From: Cenococcum geophilum
Lineage: Eukaryota
Assembly: GCA_050273025.1 (NCBI GenBank)
Contig: CP158635.1
Location: 4,712,001 to 4,776,000 of the forward strand
Direction: 5' to 3'
Length of the DNA: 64,000 nucleotides
A program made the translations under genes and the position numbers. The first letter of the stretch is position 1, and the number at the start of each line of letters is the position of its first letter. This document shows, in pieces, positions 63,590 to 64,000 of the stretch. Below the pieces are notes generated by a model. The model was not told the origin of the DNA, searched no databases, and was given only the letters and a program-made list of their open reading frames with translations.

Positions 63590-64000
63590 TGTTCGTACTA
63601 ACTTAATAGCACGAGTGAGTCGTATCCACGGGCACGAAATACATGTAGTATTGTATGCTTGTTTGGATGGTGACTATCAATTATATAAAGCAGACTACGT
63701 GGTCTATATACTGATGCACCTCCCCCCTAATTAGTTAGTGCTTTATAAGTGCACCAGACGCGTAAGCAAGTGGTTAGTGCACTAAACGCGTAAACGCGTA
63801 AGCACGCGTTTGGTACAACAGGTGCTGTAATTATATACTAGCAGTACTTAAAAAATAAAACCACCTGTGTACAGCCTCCGTAATTGCTTTAATAAAACCA
63901 TAGAACATAAAGGAAAATACATAGAAAATCTCCCCTAAGGTGCCGTCTAGGCTGCCTTTTAAACGGTACCTTAAGCTAGCCGTAAGTCCTGCTTACGGTC
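63590..64000 (+). mobile_element. Start of another LTR element (candidate LTR 63590-63820), running off the window and less RIP-affected
   Basis: Begins TGTTCGTAC exactly where the G1-like gag breaks; GTACAACA at ~63813-63820 forms an imperfect inverted end; many TG/CA dinucleotides retained. Confidence 0.6.

Overview
Filamentous-ascomycete genomic DNA. Only ~100-3330 has balanced GC content. It holds one intron-containing gene with a HeLo-like/fungal STAND-type N-terminus, a Cys/His linker and ankyrin repeats, plus a late frameshift, and it is bracketed by a 23-bp inverted repeat. The remaining ~60 kb is an AT-rich, TpA-enriched block typical of repeat-induced point mutation (RIP). Matching LTRs, terminal inverted repeats (TIRs) and target-site duplications (TSDs) resolve it into a deep transposon nest: three copies of one Ty1/Copia family (A1, A2, A3), two complete Ty3/Gypsy chromoviruses (G1, G3), several Gypsy fragments, and three CACTA/Mirage/Chapaev (CMC)-like DNA elements. 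Element X (31570-51555, CAT..ATG TIRs, 2-bp TSD) carries an intron-containing fragment of an Hrr1/SAD-3/ZNFX1-type RNA-silencing helicase. Element P (41261-51540), a Plavaka transposon inserted at X's right end, carries an apparently full-length SNF2-family helicase gene divergent from its transposase. Element Y is a remnant ending at 31297. All TE ORFs are RIP-inactivated. Protein calls come from manual translation with mental reversion of C>T/G>A changes; no searches were run.
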